From positions 1,776 to 65,775 of the forward strand of contig JBAWZC010000004.1 in NCBI GenBank assembly GCA_037143235.1: a DNA stretch of 64,000 nucleotides, written 5' to 3'. The notes below the pieces were generated by a model, which was not told where the DNA came from, made no database searches, and was given only the letters and a program-made list of their open reading frames with translations. Position 1 is the first letter of the stretch. The number at the start of each line of letters is the position of its first letter. The translations under genes were made by a program, and so were the position numbers. The DNA comes from Candidatus Berkelbacteria bacterium (lineage in GTDB: Bacteria > Patescibacteriota > UBA1384 > XYA2-FULL-43-10 > 1-14-0-10-43-13). This document shows, in pieces, positions 54,887 to 63,801 of this stretch.

Positions 54887-55888
54887 ATGGAACAGAAAAT
54901 GAAAATTGACATTTCGGTCTGGGCTATCGTCAAGATTGTTTTGGCGATCGGTATCTGTTGGGCTATTTTCTTGTTGAAAGACATTTTGGTTTATCTCTTG
55001 GCTATTCTAATCGTGGCGGCTGCTCTGAGACCAACAGTAAATAGCTGGGCCAAGGTAATTGGTCGAAAATCGGCTGTTTTTGCTGTCGTCGCAATCTTTG
55101 CCGCAGTCATATTTACCGCTGGCTATCTGCTCTTTCCGCCACTTATTCAGGAGACGATTCAGTTCGTCAATGCTATTCCATTTTTGATCGACAAATATGC
55201 TTATCTGTTGACCAAAATCCCTTATCTCGATTCAGGCATTTCCCAATTGACGCAAAATCTTGGTGTAGCTACTAGCCAAGTAGTAACTGTTGCTATTAGT
55301 CTGGTCAGCGGTATCTTTGCTCTCCTGATGTCATTGGTATTGGTGGTTTACTTCCTGCTCGAAGAAAAGATTGTCGTTCATATGGTGGAAAATTTCGCAC
55401 CTCGCGGAAAAAAGGATCAGGTTTCTGATCTTGTTAATAAAATTACTGAAAAAATAGGTGCTTGGCTCAGAGGCGAGTTCTTGCTTATGGTCATCATCGG
55501 CGTTTCAGTCTATATCTTCTTGCGTATCATGAACGTTCCCTATGCTTTGCCAATAGCGGTTATCAGCGGGCTGCTAGAAGTTATTCCGACCCTCGGTCCC
55601 ATCTTTTCGGGTATAATTGCTTCTGTTGTTGCTCTGTCCGTCTCTCCGTTGATTGCTCTGGTCACGGTGATTTTCTATGTTGTCTTGCAACAGCTGGAGA
55701 ATGTCGTGATTGTGCCAAAAATAATGCAAAAGGCCGTCGGATTGCCTCCGGTTATAATCATTATCGCTATCATCATTGCCGCTCGCTTATTTGGTATCAC
55801 TGGAGCGTTGTTTGCTATCCCAGCGACTGCAGCAGGTTCGATCTTGTACAAGGAATGGATAAACACCAAAGCAAAACCAAATGAGTAA
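54887..55888 (+). CDS. AI-2E family (PerM/UPF0118) transporter
   Basis: Eight-TM layout with the family-typical LLEVIPTLGPIFSGI and GLPPVIIIIAII segments. Start chosen at MEQKMKID; the track ORF starts at 54830. Confidence 0.75.
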   Translation: MEQKMKIDISVWAIVKIVLAIGICWAIFLLKDILVYLLAILIVAAALRPTVNSWAKVIGRKSAVFAVVAIFAAVIFTAGYLLFPPLIQETIQFVNAIPFLIDKYAYLLTKIPYLDSGISQLTQNLGVATSQVVTVAISLVSGIFALLMSLVLVVYFLLEEKIVVHMVENFAPRGKKDQVSDLVNKITEKIGAWLRGEFLLMVIIGVSVYIFLRIMNVPYALPIAVISGLLEVIPTLGPIFSGIIASVVALSVSPLIALVTVIFYVVLQQLENVVIVPKIMQKAVGLPPVIIIIAIIIAARLFGITGALFAIPATAAGSILYKEWINTKAKPNE

Positions 55889-56312
55889 AAAGGAATTTTT
55901 AAACAAAAAAGCTGGTTTTGATTATGAGATCAGTGATAGTCTCGAGGCTGGTATAGTCTTGACGGGTGTTGAGATCAAGGCAATTCGAATCGGTCGAGCT
56001 AATATCACAGGTAGTCACATACGGATACTAAACGGTGAAGCTTTCTGGCTCGGAGGTGAGTTCAATCTAGATGGCGACAAGCAGCGTACCAAAAAATTGC
56101 TGTTGCATCGTGAAGAACTTGACCGTTTGATCGGTAAATCAAAGGAAAATGGCCTTTCGATCATCCCGCAAAAACTATATTTGAAAAAAGGGCGCGCCAA
56201 GCTCTTGATCGGCGTTGGCAAAGGCAAAAAACTTTACGACAAGAGGGAAGTGATCAAAAAGCGAGATTTGGATAGGGAAGCGGGAAGGGCTGGTAAAATC
56301 GCCAATTTCTAG
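55881..56312 (+). CDS. smpB: SsrA-binding protein SmpB
   Basis: KAGFDYEI, VLTGVEIKAIR and the C-terminal Lys/Arg-rich tail. Confidence 0.9.
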   Translation: MSKKEFLNKKAGFDYEISDSLEAGIVLTGVEIKAIRIGRANITGSHIRILNGEAFWLGGEFNLDGDKQRTKKLLLHREELDRLIGKSKENGLSIIPQKLYLKKGRAKLLIGVGKGKKLYDKREVIKKRDLDREAGRAGKIANF

Positions 56313-56389
56313 CTGCCTTCTTCTTTTTAAGGAGAAAGTCCTACCTTGAGCCTGTCGAATGGGCCAGATGAGGTTGATTATTAAATAAT

Positions 56390-56917
56390 CTACTTCTTCT
56401 CCATGCTGTACTCACAACCACAGTATTTTTGACGATAGACCTCGTACCTCTTTGTAATATCTCTGGAGTGAGTTTCGGGATCAAAATCTTTGAAGTCGAT
56501 AAAAATAAAATTGTTGGCTCCGAGCAACTCCTCGATTTTGCGTATCATCTCACTATTTTTGTATCTGGAAACCGTAAGTGTAGTGGCAATCGGGTCAAAA
56601 AAAGTTTCCTGAGCTTTTTTGAGTCGAAATTCGATGCACTTGCGGCAGCGATCACCACCCTCTGGTTCATCTTCATTTCCAGCAGTATATTCTTGCCATT
56701 TTTGATGTTCAGTCTCGTAATCAGAATTATCGATGATGTAATATATTTTGTAGATATTGCAGAGTCTTTTCAGCTCTGAAAGCCTCTTGTCGTGTTCTGT
56801 TTGCGGGTAGATATTTGGGTTATACCAAAATATGATTGCCTCATACTTCGTCATACTATATTCGATGGCTCCAGCTAGGCATGGTGCGCAGCAAGAATGC
56901 AGAATTAGCTTTTTCAT
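56390..56917 (-). CDS. Second DUF208/QueH-family paralog (epoxyqueuosine reductase-like)
   Basis: LILHSCCAPCLAG, WYNPNIYP, CRKCIEFRL and YRQKYCGCE. Confidence 0.7.
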   Translation of the reverse strand: MKKLILHSCCAPCLAGAIEYSMTKYEAIIFWYNPNIYPQTEHDKRLSELKRLCNIYKIYYIIDNSDYETEHQKWQEYTAGNEDEPEGGDRCRKCIEFRLKKAQETFFDPIATTLTVSRYKNSEMIRKIEELLGANNFIFIDFKDFDPETHSRDITKRYEVYRQKYCGCEYSMEKK

Positions 56918-57864
56918 TAGATCTTTTCGATGATTCTGAGTTTAGCGCTACGGGATCGGGGATTTGCAAGAATCTCCTGTTCAGAAGGAACTATGGGTTT
57001 CTTTGTAATCATTTTTATCGCAGCTTGGTGTTTACAGATGCAGATTGGCGCACGAGGGGGACAGATACAGTCTTTCGCTAGTTCTCTAAATTTGTCTTTG
57101 ACAATCTTGTCTTCGAGAGAGTGGAAAGTAATAATTGCCAGTTTCGCACCGGATTTAAGTATTTCGATCACATCGTCGATTACTCTTTCAACCCCGATAA
57201 GTTCGTTGTTAACCTCGATTCGAAGGGCTTGAAGTGTCCGAGTGGCAAAATGTTTTGTTCCGGCAAAGCGTGCTTTGGCTGGCATAGCGACTTTGATAGC
57301 TTCGATCAGTTCCCCCATATTCTTGATCGGGCGATTTTTGACAATATTTCGAGCAATCTGACGGCTAAATCTCTCGTCGCCATAGTGAAATATCAGATCG
57401 GCTAGTCGAGCTTCGCCGTAGTGGTTGACGACATCGGCGGCGCAAAATTTTTGATCTTGATTCATGCGCATATCGATCGGTGCAGCAGGATCAGCAAAAG
57501 AAAAACCTCGGGATTTATCATCCAATTGCATTGATGATACGCCCATATCGATCAGCACCCCATCGACTTGTTCAATATCTTTTCCTGAAAGGATAGTGGC
57601 AATATTTTTGTAGTCGTCGTTTACGGCGATGAGCTGTTCAGCTATCCCGCCTGCTTCAAATCTTTTTTGAGCAATCTTCAGGGCACTTTCATCTTTGTCG
57701 ATGCCGAGTATTTGTATTTTCTTTTTGTTCGAATTATTTTTTTCTGCTATCGCCAGGCTATGCCCACCCGCCCCAAGAGTGCCATCAATAAAAATTGCTC
57801 CGTCGTCGAGAGAGGAGAATTCATCTAGTATTTCGTTTAGGAGAACAGGAATATGGCTGGTCAT
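56917..57864 (-). CDS. rsmH: 16S rRNA (cytosine1402-N4)-methyltransferase RsmH (MraW)
   Basis: HIPVLLNEILD, DGTLGAGGHS and FHSLEDKIVK. Start taken at MTSHIPVLL. Confidence 0.9.
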   Translation of the reverse strand: MTSHIPVLLNEILDEFSSLDDGAIFIDGTLGAGGHSLAIAEKNNSNKKKIQILGIDKDESALKIAQKRFEAGGIAEQLIAVNDDYKNIATILSGKDIEQVDGVLIDMGVSSMQLDDKSRGFSFADPAAPIDMRMNQDQKFCAADVVNHYGEARLADLIFHYGDERFSRQIARNIVKNRPIKNMGELIEAIKVAMPAKARFAGTKHFATRTLQALRIEVNNELIGVERVIDDVIEILKSGAKLAIITFHSLEDKIVKDKFRELAKDCICPPRAPICICKHQAAIKMITKKPIVPSEQEILANPRSRSAKLRIIEKI

Positions 57865-57938
57865 AAGCAAAAATAATACCATAAAATTGATAATTATTAC
57901 AGTAGTGGTACAATAAATTCAAATAACAAAGGAGTTCG

Positions 57939-58313
57939 ATGTTAAACGACAAAGTGATCTTGGTTGTGGATGACGATCCAACACTTTTGGAGATGTATGT
58001 TGAGCGTTTCAAAGCTTCCGGTGCGATCGTGATCAAGGCAGTCAACGGTGAGGATGCCATCACTCAGATCAAGGAAAATCATCCAGTCTGTGTCCTACTT
58101 GATGTGATGATGCCGAAGGTCAACGGTTTCGATGTGCTGAAGGAGATTCGTGGCAATTCTGACACAGCCCAAACCCCGATCATCGTCTTGACCGCACTAA
58201 ATGACGATGTCAAGCGCAAAATGGCGATGGATCTGGGCGCAAATGATTTTATTTGCAAAGCCGAATCCCTGCCATCGGATGTGGTGGCCAAAGTCGAAAA
58301 ATTTGTAAAATAA
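57939..58313 (+). CDS. Stand-alone response-regulator receiver (CheY-like) domain protein
   Basis: ILVVDDDPTLLEM, LLDVMMPKVNGFDVL and PIIVLTAL. Confidence 0.8.
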   Translation: MLNDKVILVVDDDPTLLEMYVERFKASGAIVIKAVNGEDAITQIKENHPVCVLLDVMMPKVNGFDVLKEIRGNSDTAQTPIIVLTALNDDVKRKMAMDLGANDFICKAESLPSDVVAKVEKFVK

Positions 58314-58381
58314 TTCGTTTATTGGTTATTCAAGTCTAGAAAGTTTTACCCCCACCAGCATTATGCCGATAGGGGTAAGGT

Positions 58382-58681
58382 TTAGCCGTAGCGATCCTGC
58401 CACGAGCCTCTTTCTTGTCTTTTTTGGGGCGATCTGTCGTCCACTTGACAGATCTCAATAACGGACTGATCGTGCCGAATGCCTGTGCATCGTAGTAGCA
58501 TTTTATATGCCACTTCTCTTACATGCATCCAGTTGATTTCTCCGTCAGCAGAGCATTTGTCCGTGCCAATACGGATATGGTATTTCCGTGCCTCTCCCCT
58601 GACATGGACTTCAAAGCAGAAAATCTGCTTTTTTACGGCAATAGTCATAATCTTGTCCCCCCTTCGCTGAAATAATGCCAC
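58382..58681 (-). CDS. Hypothetical small protein, GC-elevated, beside a repeat cluster. The coding call is weak.
   Basis: 99-aa ORF with no recognisable motif. Composition differs from neighbouring genes. Confidence 0.25.
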   Translation of the reverse strand: MALFQRRGDKIMTIAVKKQIFCFEVHVRGEARKYHIRIGTDKCSADGEINWMHVREVAYKMLLRCTGIRHDQSVIEICQVDDRSPQKRQERGSWQDRYG

Positions 58682-58750
58682 AAATCTTCACAATAAGCAA
58701 TAGTTTTAGTAGTTTTTTTATCGTTGCTGCCCCCGCCACCTCTGTCATTC

Positions 58751-58868
58751 CCGCCTCTTCTGTCATTCCTGCGAAGGCAGGAATCTAGCCGAGATAAACT
58801 CCGGCGGCAATCTACCGATAGTCTTTTGTGGATTCCCGCCTGCGCGGGAATGACAAAGTAGTGGGATA
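58751..58868. repeat. Cluster of three ATTCC(C/T)GC-N4-GC(A/G)GGAAT-type repeats, the same family as 3450-3513
   Basis: CTGTCATTCCCGCC (partial), CTGTCATTCCTGCGAAGGCAGGAATCTAG and TGGATTCCCGCCTGCGCGGGAATGACAAAG. Confidence 0.75.
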
Positions 58869-58943
58869 GTTATCCTGCATAAATTTGCAAATAGATCGTC
58901 GCGTTAGTAATATTACAAATAGATTTTTTAGTAAAATTTCAAA

Positions 58944-60200
58944 ATGCAAAACCTTTTTGACAATAAAAATAATCAGCCCCTAGCTGAGAAATTGCGACCG
59001 ACGAATTTCGATGATTTTGTGGGTCAGGAGCATATTCTCGGCAAGGACAAGATCTTGCGGCGGATCGTCGATGCCGATCGGATCATACCGATGATCTTTT
59101 GGGGTCCACCGGGTTGTGGTAAGACAACGCTGGCAAAAATTATTGCCGATAAAACCGCTTCAAATTTTGTCTTTTTCTCCGCTGTGGTGGGTGGTGTTGC
59201 TGATGCTCGAAAAATTATCGAGCAAGCCAAACAAGACCAACAATTGTTTCAAAAAAGGACGATTCTCTTTGTCGATGAGATACATCGCTTCAACAAATCC
59301 CAGCAAGATCTCTTCTTGCCTTATGTCGAGAATGGCACTGTCGTCCTGATCGGGGCGACCACCGAAAATCCTTCCTTTCAGGTCAATGCGCCATTACTTT
59401 CTCGGGCAAAGGTTTTTCATTTTCGAGAGTTGTCGGAAGCGGAGATCATAGAGATGTTGAAAACTGCGGTCAAAAAGATCAATGCTGAGCCAGTCAAATA
59501 TTTCCCCAATATTTTCAAAAGAGACGACAAAATTAAAATAAGATTGAATAAGGAAGCTTATGGTGCGATCGCTAAACTATGCGAAGGCGATGCCCGTGAC
59601 GCCTATAATTCTCTAGAGCTTGCTATCATCGCCAACAGCATCGACTTGGCAAATATCTCAATTGGTAAAACAGAGGCCGAGGAGGCGATACAGCAAAAAT
59701 TCATTCGTTACGACAAGGGTGCTGATGGTCATTTCGATGCGATTTCTGCCCTCCACAAAACGATGCGTGCCTCACAGCCAGACGCCGCACTTCATTACCT
59801 GGCGAGGATGCTTGAAGCTGGCGAAGATCCACTGTATATCGTTCGCAGGCTGGTGCGATTTGCCTCAGAGGATATTGGCTTGGCTGATCCCCAAGCATTG
59901 GTCCTCGCAGTCTCGACTCAACAAGCAGTTCATTTTGTCGGTATGCCAGAATCAAATGTCATTATCGCTGAGCTGGTCATCTACCTAGCGCTCGCGCCCA
60001 AGTCGCGTGCCGTCGATGAAGCTTATGCCGCAGCTAAGGATGATGTGGTGAACGGTCGGATCGAGCCAATCCCATTGAAAATTAGGAATGCACCAACGAA
60101 ACTGATGAAAGATTTTGGCTTCGGCAAGGATTACAAGATGTATGACGACGAGTCTCTCTTGCCCGAAAATCTAAAAGATCGAAAATATTGGAAACCATAA
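58944..60200 (+). CDS. rarA: Replication-associated recombination protein A (RarA/MgsA AAA+ ATPase)
   Basis: LRPTNFDDFVGQEHILG, IFWGPPGCGKTTLA, FVDEIHRFNKSQQD and the C-terminal MgsA helical domain. Confidence 0.9.
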   Translation: MQNLFDNKNNQPLAEKLRPTNFDDFVGQEHILGKDKILRRIVDADRIIPMIFWGPPGCGKTTLAKIIADKTASNFVFFSAVVGGVADARKIIEQAKQDQQLFQKRTILFVDEIHRFNKSQQDLFLPYVENGTVVLIGATTENPSFQVNAPLLSRAKVFHFRELSEAEIIEMLKTAVKKINAEPVKYFPNIFKRDDKIKIRLNKEAYGAIAKLCEGDARDAYNSLELAIIANSIDLANISIGKTEAEEAIQQKFIRYDKGADGHFDAISALHKTMRASQPDAALHYLARMLEAGEDPLYIVRRLVRFASEDIGLADPQALVLAVSTQQAVHFVGMPESNVIIAELVIYLALAPKSRAVDEAYAAAKDDVVNGRIEPIPLKIRNAPTKLMKDFGFGKDYKMYDDESLLPENLKDRKYWKP

Positions 60201-60263
60201 ATCTCGATTAAAACGAAACTCCAGAAGTCAATCCATGACCCCGGGAGCGGTTGTTCATTGCTG

Positions 60264-60620
60264 CTAAATCTTTTTAACAGTCAGAGATTCTGTCTGAATG
60301 TGGAGCAGGGCGTTTAGCCTCACAGAAACAGTATTTATTCCAGCTTCGATTGCAGCCTTTATAACTTCTGTCTTCGTGTGACACAAATTGCAACACATTC
60401 CAACTTCTTGTCGGTCGCGATAGCCATTGTCGATAGAGACAGCATAACCGCTTTGAATTGGTTGGCTGCAGACAATACATGTTGATGTCTGATCTATCAC
60501 TTCTGCTGTTTCACGATTAACGGCAAAGCGTAGAAGTACTCGCTCGAGTACAATCACTGGAGTGTACTTCTGACCGCACATGTAGGATTCTGACATTTCA
60601 TTTACCTCCTTTTCCGTCAA
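60264..60620 (-). CDS. Cys-rich small hypothetical protein
   Basis: 118 aa with the Cys pattern C-x32-CIVC-x22-CCNLC. Function unknown. Confidence 0.4.
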   Translation of the reverse strand: MTEKEVNEMSESYMCGQKYTPVIVLERVLLRFAVNRETAEVIDQTSTCIVCSQPIQSGYAVSIDNGYRDRQEVGMCCNLCHTKTEVIKAAIEAGINTVSVRLNALLHIQTESLTVKKI

Positions 60621-60737
60621 ATGAAAATGTTCTATCTAAATAAGTACACGAAAATGACCAAGATTACAAGGCTTGTGGTAACAAATCATTTCTCTGTGGT
60701 TATCTTTTTTTGTGCGGAGAGGAATCTCTTGATAAAT

Positions 60738-60776
60738 AAAAAACAGAGCATTCAATATCTTGAATACTCTGTTTTT
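60738..60776. terminator. Bidirectional rho-independent terminator
   Basis: AAAAAACAGAGCATTCAA-tatc-TTGAATACTCTGTTTTT, with T-runs on both strands. Confidence 0.7.
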
Positions 60777-61220
60777 GCCTATACGGATGACTCGGTCATC
60801 AGTATAGGCAGGTGCACGGTCAGCGAAGGTGCTTCTTGATCCTTCTCCCGCGCAGGGTGAAGTTTAGAAAGGACCATTCGCGAACCTGGAATTGGACTTT
60901 TCGACTGAAAATTTCCAGCCGACGATAGTCCTTTTGGAATTCGTAGGGTCCATATGACCCTGATGCGTAAGTGCGATAATTGCAGCTACGCATTTGAGTG
61001 TGCCCCCAGACACAATAGGCGGTCATCCGCCAAATTATTCGAAGGACATCGATCACTCCACTCATGGCCGTTCTCCCTTCATTGTGATTCTAGCCCTATT
61101 CTATCACAAAAAATATTAGTAATTGAATTTTGTGTTTTTCTCGGAATATCTAGAACTAGTCAAACTGGATTGATGTAATACCAAATCAGAAACTATCCCG
61201 AAGCTAATTATCGTGCCAAC

Positions 61221-61257
61221 AAAAAAACCAGAGAAATCAATATTTAATTGCTCTGGT
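61221..61257 (-). terminator. Rho-independent terminator downstream of the HEAT-repeat gene (minus strand)
   Basis: ACCAGAG ... CTCTGGT stem preceded on the plus strand by AAAAAAA. The adjacent perfect palindrome GCCCCAAGAATATTCTTGGGGC lies at 61261-61282. Confidence 0.55.
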
Positions 61258-61303
61258 CTTTGCCCCAAGAATATTCTTGGGGCCGGAAATCCATTTACTG
61301 ACT

Positions 61304-61714
61304 TCACGACGGCTGGGTCGTGAGATATTCTTTCGCAACACTGCGAATGTACTCGTCGCGGTGCTTTTTGGCACATTTTTCAATCACCTGACGAACTCTT
61401 TCGTCCTCGAAAAGATGTAACGCCTCAAGGATAGCGAGACAAACAACATCGTCTCTCTCGGCGAAAAGCCGACTGGTAAGTGCAGGTATTGCCTGGGTGA
61501 TTCCTTTTTCTCCCAGGTTCTCTGCAGCCAATCGTCGACCTCTCGGGCACGCCTCTGTGAGGTCGCTGATGACCGAAGCAATCCGTTTTGCCGGATACCC
61601 TGATTCATCTGTGAAATCGGTCGGGTGAAAGAACAGTTTCTTAACCCACTCTAGCATAATTAACCCCTTTCCATATCCCCACAGGGACCAAAAGATGTTC
61701 GGACTATAACACAT
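61304..61714 (-). CDS. HEAT/PBS-lyase-like repeat protein
   Basis: RRLAAENLGEKGITQAIPALTSRLFAERDDVVCLAILEAL. Confidence 0.55.
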   Translation of the reverse strand: MCYSPNIFWSLWGYGKGLIMLEWVKKLFFHPTDFTDESGYPAKRIASVISDLTEACPRGRRLAAENLGEKGITQAIPALTSRLFAERDDVVCLAILEALHLFEDERVRQVIEKCAKKHRDEYIRSVAKEYLTTQPS

Positions 61715-61928
61715 ATGAATATATTATGCAAGCTTTTGTGGTAATGTTTTGTAGTGTTTCAATACTATGTAAACGCTCAGATATTATTTTGTGTATGTGT
61801 CGAGTATCCTGTGCCGATATCTTGAAAGTAAACAATTAATTTTTTTTGCCATCATTCTCTTTGTGTACAATTTGGGTTGATGATGTACAATTATATTGAG
61901 TTGAAGATAATTAAATAGACACAAAATT

Positions 61929-62606
61929 ATGAAAACAGTAGTGATCACTGGTGCGAGTAGGGGAATTGGCTTGGCGACGGCCAAGAAATTTTTATCTGAA
62001 GGTTGGCAGGTTGTCGGAACCTCCACCTCAGGTAGGATGGATCTCGAGCACGAGCATCTGAAAAACTTTCAGCTTGATCTCTCTGATAGTGCAAGTATTG
62101 AGATTACTGCAGACAAAATTCTTTCAGCCATCGGGAATATCGATGTGCTAGTGAATAATGCCGGGGTTGCCCTTGATTCTTGGGACGAAGGCGTCAATAT
62201 GGAAAAAGTTCGCAAGACATTTGAAGTGAGTCTCTTTGGATTGATCGACTTCACTGAAAAAATGCTGCCAGTGATAAACTCTGGCGGCCATATCGTCAAT
62301 CTCGATTCTCGATACGGTTCATTTTCTATGCCGATCGATGATGATACTTCTATTGGCTATCGGATGGCCAAGGCCTCGTTAAATATGTATACGCGATTTC
62401 TCGCTTTTCGATTGCAAGATAAAAAAATAACAGTTTCGTCGATAGATCCAGGTTGGGTCAAAACCGATATGGGTTTTGCTGGTGCGACCGAAGATTCAAA
62501 ACCAGATAGGGACCCTGTGGAACCCGCACGAGAGATCTATGATTTGGTTAATTCTGATATCGATTCTGGGTGTTTCTGGTACAAAGGTGCGAAGAGAGAA
62601 TGGTAA
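61929..62606 (+). CDS. Short-chain dehydrogenase/reductase (SDR)
   Basis: VVITGASRGIGLA, NNAG and an S ... YxxxK catalytic region (YRMAKAS). Confidence 0.9.
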   Translation: MKTVVITGASRGIGLATAKKFLSEGWQVVGTSTSGRMDLEHEHLKNFQLDLSDSASIEITADKILSAIGNIDVLVNNAGVALDSWDEGVNMEKVRKTFEVSLFGLIDFTEKMLPVINSGGHIVNLDSRYGSFSMPIDDDTSIGYRMAKASLNMYTRFLAFRLQDKKITVSSIDPGWVKTDMGFAGATEDSKPDRDPVEPAREIYDLVNSDIDSGCFWYKGAKREW

Positions 62607-62682
62607 AAAAGTCGATGCTCCCCGGGGGCTTCGGGGTGAATTGTTACTGTTCTCAAGTTAGGCAACTCCTTGGGGCTATTCA

Positions 62683-62714
62683 AAACACCTCACATATGTG
62701 AGGTGTTTGATTTT
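62683..62714 (+). terminator. Rho-independent terminator after the SDR gene
   Basis: AAACACCTCACA-tatg-TGAGGTGTTT followed by GATTTT. Confidence 0.7.
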
Positions 62715-62986
62715 GCAAGCAGCGGAGATTTTGGCGCGACCCCCAATACATCAGAATGCAATGTTTTGTTGAAAATATTTGCTATGGTGTAATTTCGTGT
62801 GTCACTGAGAATCGTGATTTGGCGACTCTGGAGATTTAATTATTTTTTAATACAATTTGAAATATATTAAGAGCTGAGCTAGTTTATTTGGCTGGTACTA
62901 TATTTTTTCCGAAAAGTACTTGCATCGAAAGAGTATAATGATACTAGAGTGGATAGAGAGAATATAGCCAAACAAAAGGAGACAGA

Positions 62987-63304
62987 ATGACATTAAATGA
63001 TTTTTTTCAGGTATCAGTCAGTGTTTTTTGTATAGTGGCAACGGTTTTCATGATCATGACATTTATCTGGATAGTGATGCTTCGGAGTAAATTGAATAAA
63101 TTGATCGATAAACTCGAAGAGATTAGTGAAACAGCCAGATCGACCACCGGCGAAATCAAACAGTTCGTTGAGCGCATTATCCAATCGCTAGATGACTTCA
63201 GGCAGAGTGTGTTTACACTCGGTTTTGTCAGCAAGATAGTGAATCAAGTAATAGGACTTATCAGTAATAATTCGAAAGGAAAAAAAGATGGACAAGCAAA
63301 GTAA
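62987..63304 (+). CDS. DUF948-like small membrane-anchored coiled-coil protein
   Basis: N-terminal TM helix followed by KLIDKLEEISETARSTTGEIKQFVERI. Confidence 0.5.
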   Translation: MTLNDFFQVSVSVFCIVATVFMIMTFIWIVMLRSKLNKLIDKLEEISETARSTTGEIKQFVERIIQSLDDFRQSVFTLGFVSKIVNQVIGLISNNSKGKKDGQAK

Positions 63305-63608
63305 AGGTGTCATGATCGGAGCAACAGTCGGTATACTCGCTGGGGCGATTGCTGGGATATTGTTAGCGCCAAAATCAGGTGAGGAAACTCGGGCTGATAT
63401 CAGTGAATATGTCACTGAGATGAAGAACAAGATCGCTGCAGAACTAGCCAAGGTTGGCGAGGTTACAAAAGAAGTTTATAGCGATGTAGTTGAGAAAATC
63501 GTCAAAGTGTATGAACTGGAGAAAAAGATCACCGCAAAAGATGCCAAGGATCTCAAGGACAAGTTGGGCAAAAACTTCGAAGAAGTTAAAAAGGTGATTA
63601 AAAAGTAG
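63288..63608 (+). CDS. YtxH-like protein
   Basis: GVMIGATVGILAGAIAGILLAPKSGEETRADI closely matches the YtxH N-terminal signature. Confidence 0.6.
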   Translation: MDKQSKGVMIGATVGILAGAIAGILLAPKSGEETRADISEYVTEMKNKIAAELAKVGEVTKEVYSDVVEKIVKVYELEKKITAKDAKDLKDKLGKNFEEVKKVIKK

Positions 63609-63624
63609 CTCGGTATTGCTCTAT

Positions 63625-63652
63625 CAAAAAACCGCTAGAAATAGCGGTTTTT
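63625..63652. terminator. Bidirectional terminator between the convergent ytxH-like and doc-like genes
   Basis: AAAAAACCGCTAG-aaa-TAGCGGTTTTTT. Confidence 0.75.
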
Positions 63653-63801
63653 TGATGGCTTAGTCCCGACTTTAGGCCATGTTCTATTTCTCAGTAATTT
63701 TTTGTAATTTATAACCTAGACAAACTTTATAAAAGTTGAAAATATTGACGAACTTTATAAAGCTATATTATGTTTGCATTTGCGGTGACTTGCCATGTTG
63801 C

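Noticed and set aside
55881-56400. Searched for tmRNA (ssrA) next to smpB, in the 49.0-49.4 kb block and in the 60.8-61.2 kb block
   Set aside because: No sequence combines a GGGG ... TTCGAC 5' end with a T-arm plus CCA 3' end and a tag ORF ending in Ala-Ala-stop. ssrA is presumably elsewhere in the genome.
60777-61210. RNase P RNA, SRP RNA, 6S RNA or a T-box leader as the identity of the hairpin-rich block
   Set aside because: P4 strands (GGAAAGTCC / ACAGAACCGGCTTA) are not both present, and GAAAAGTCC occurs only once with no partner. There is no SRP domain-IV motif and no T-box AGGGTGGNACC motif. Kept as an unassigned structured region.
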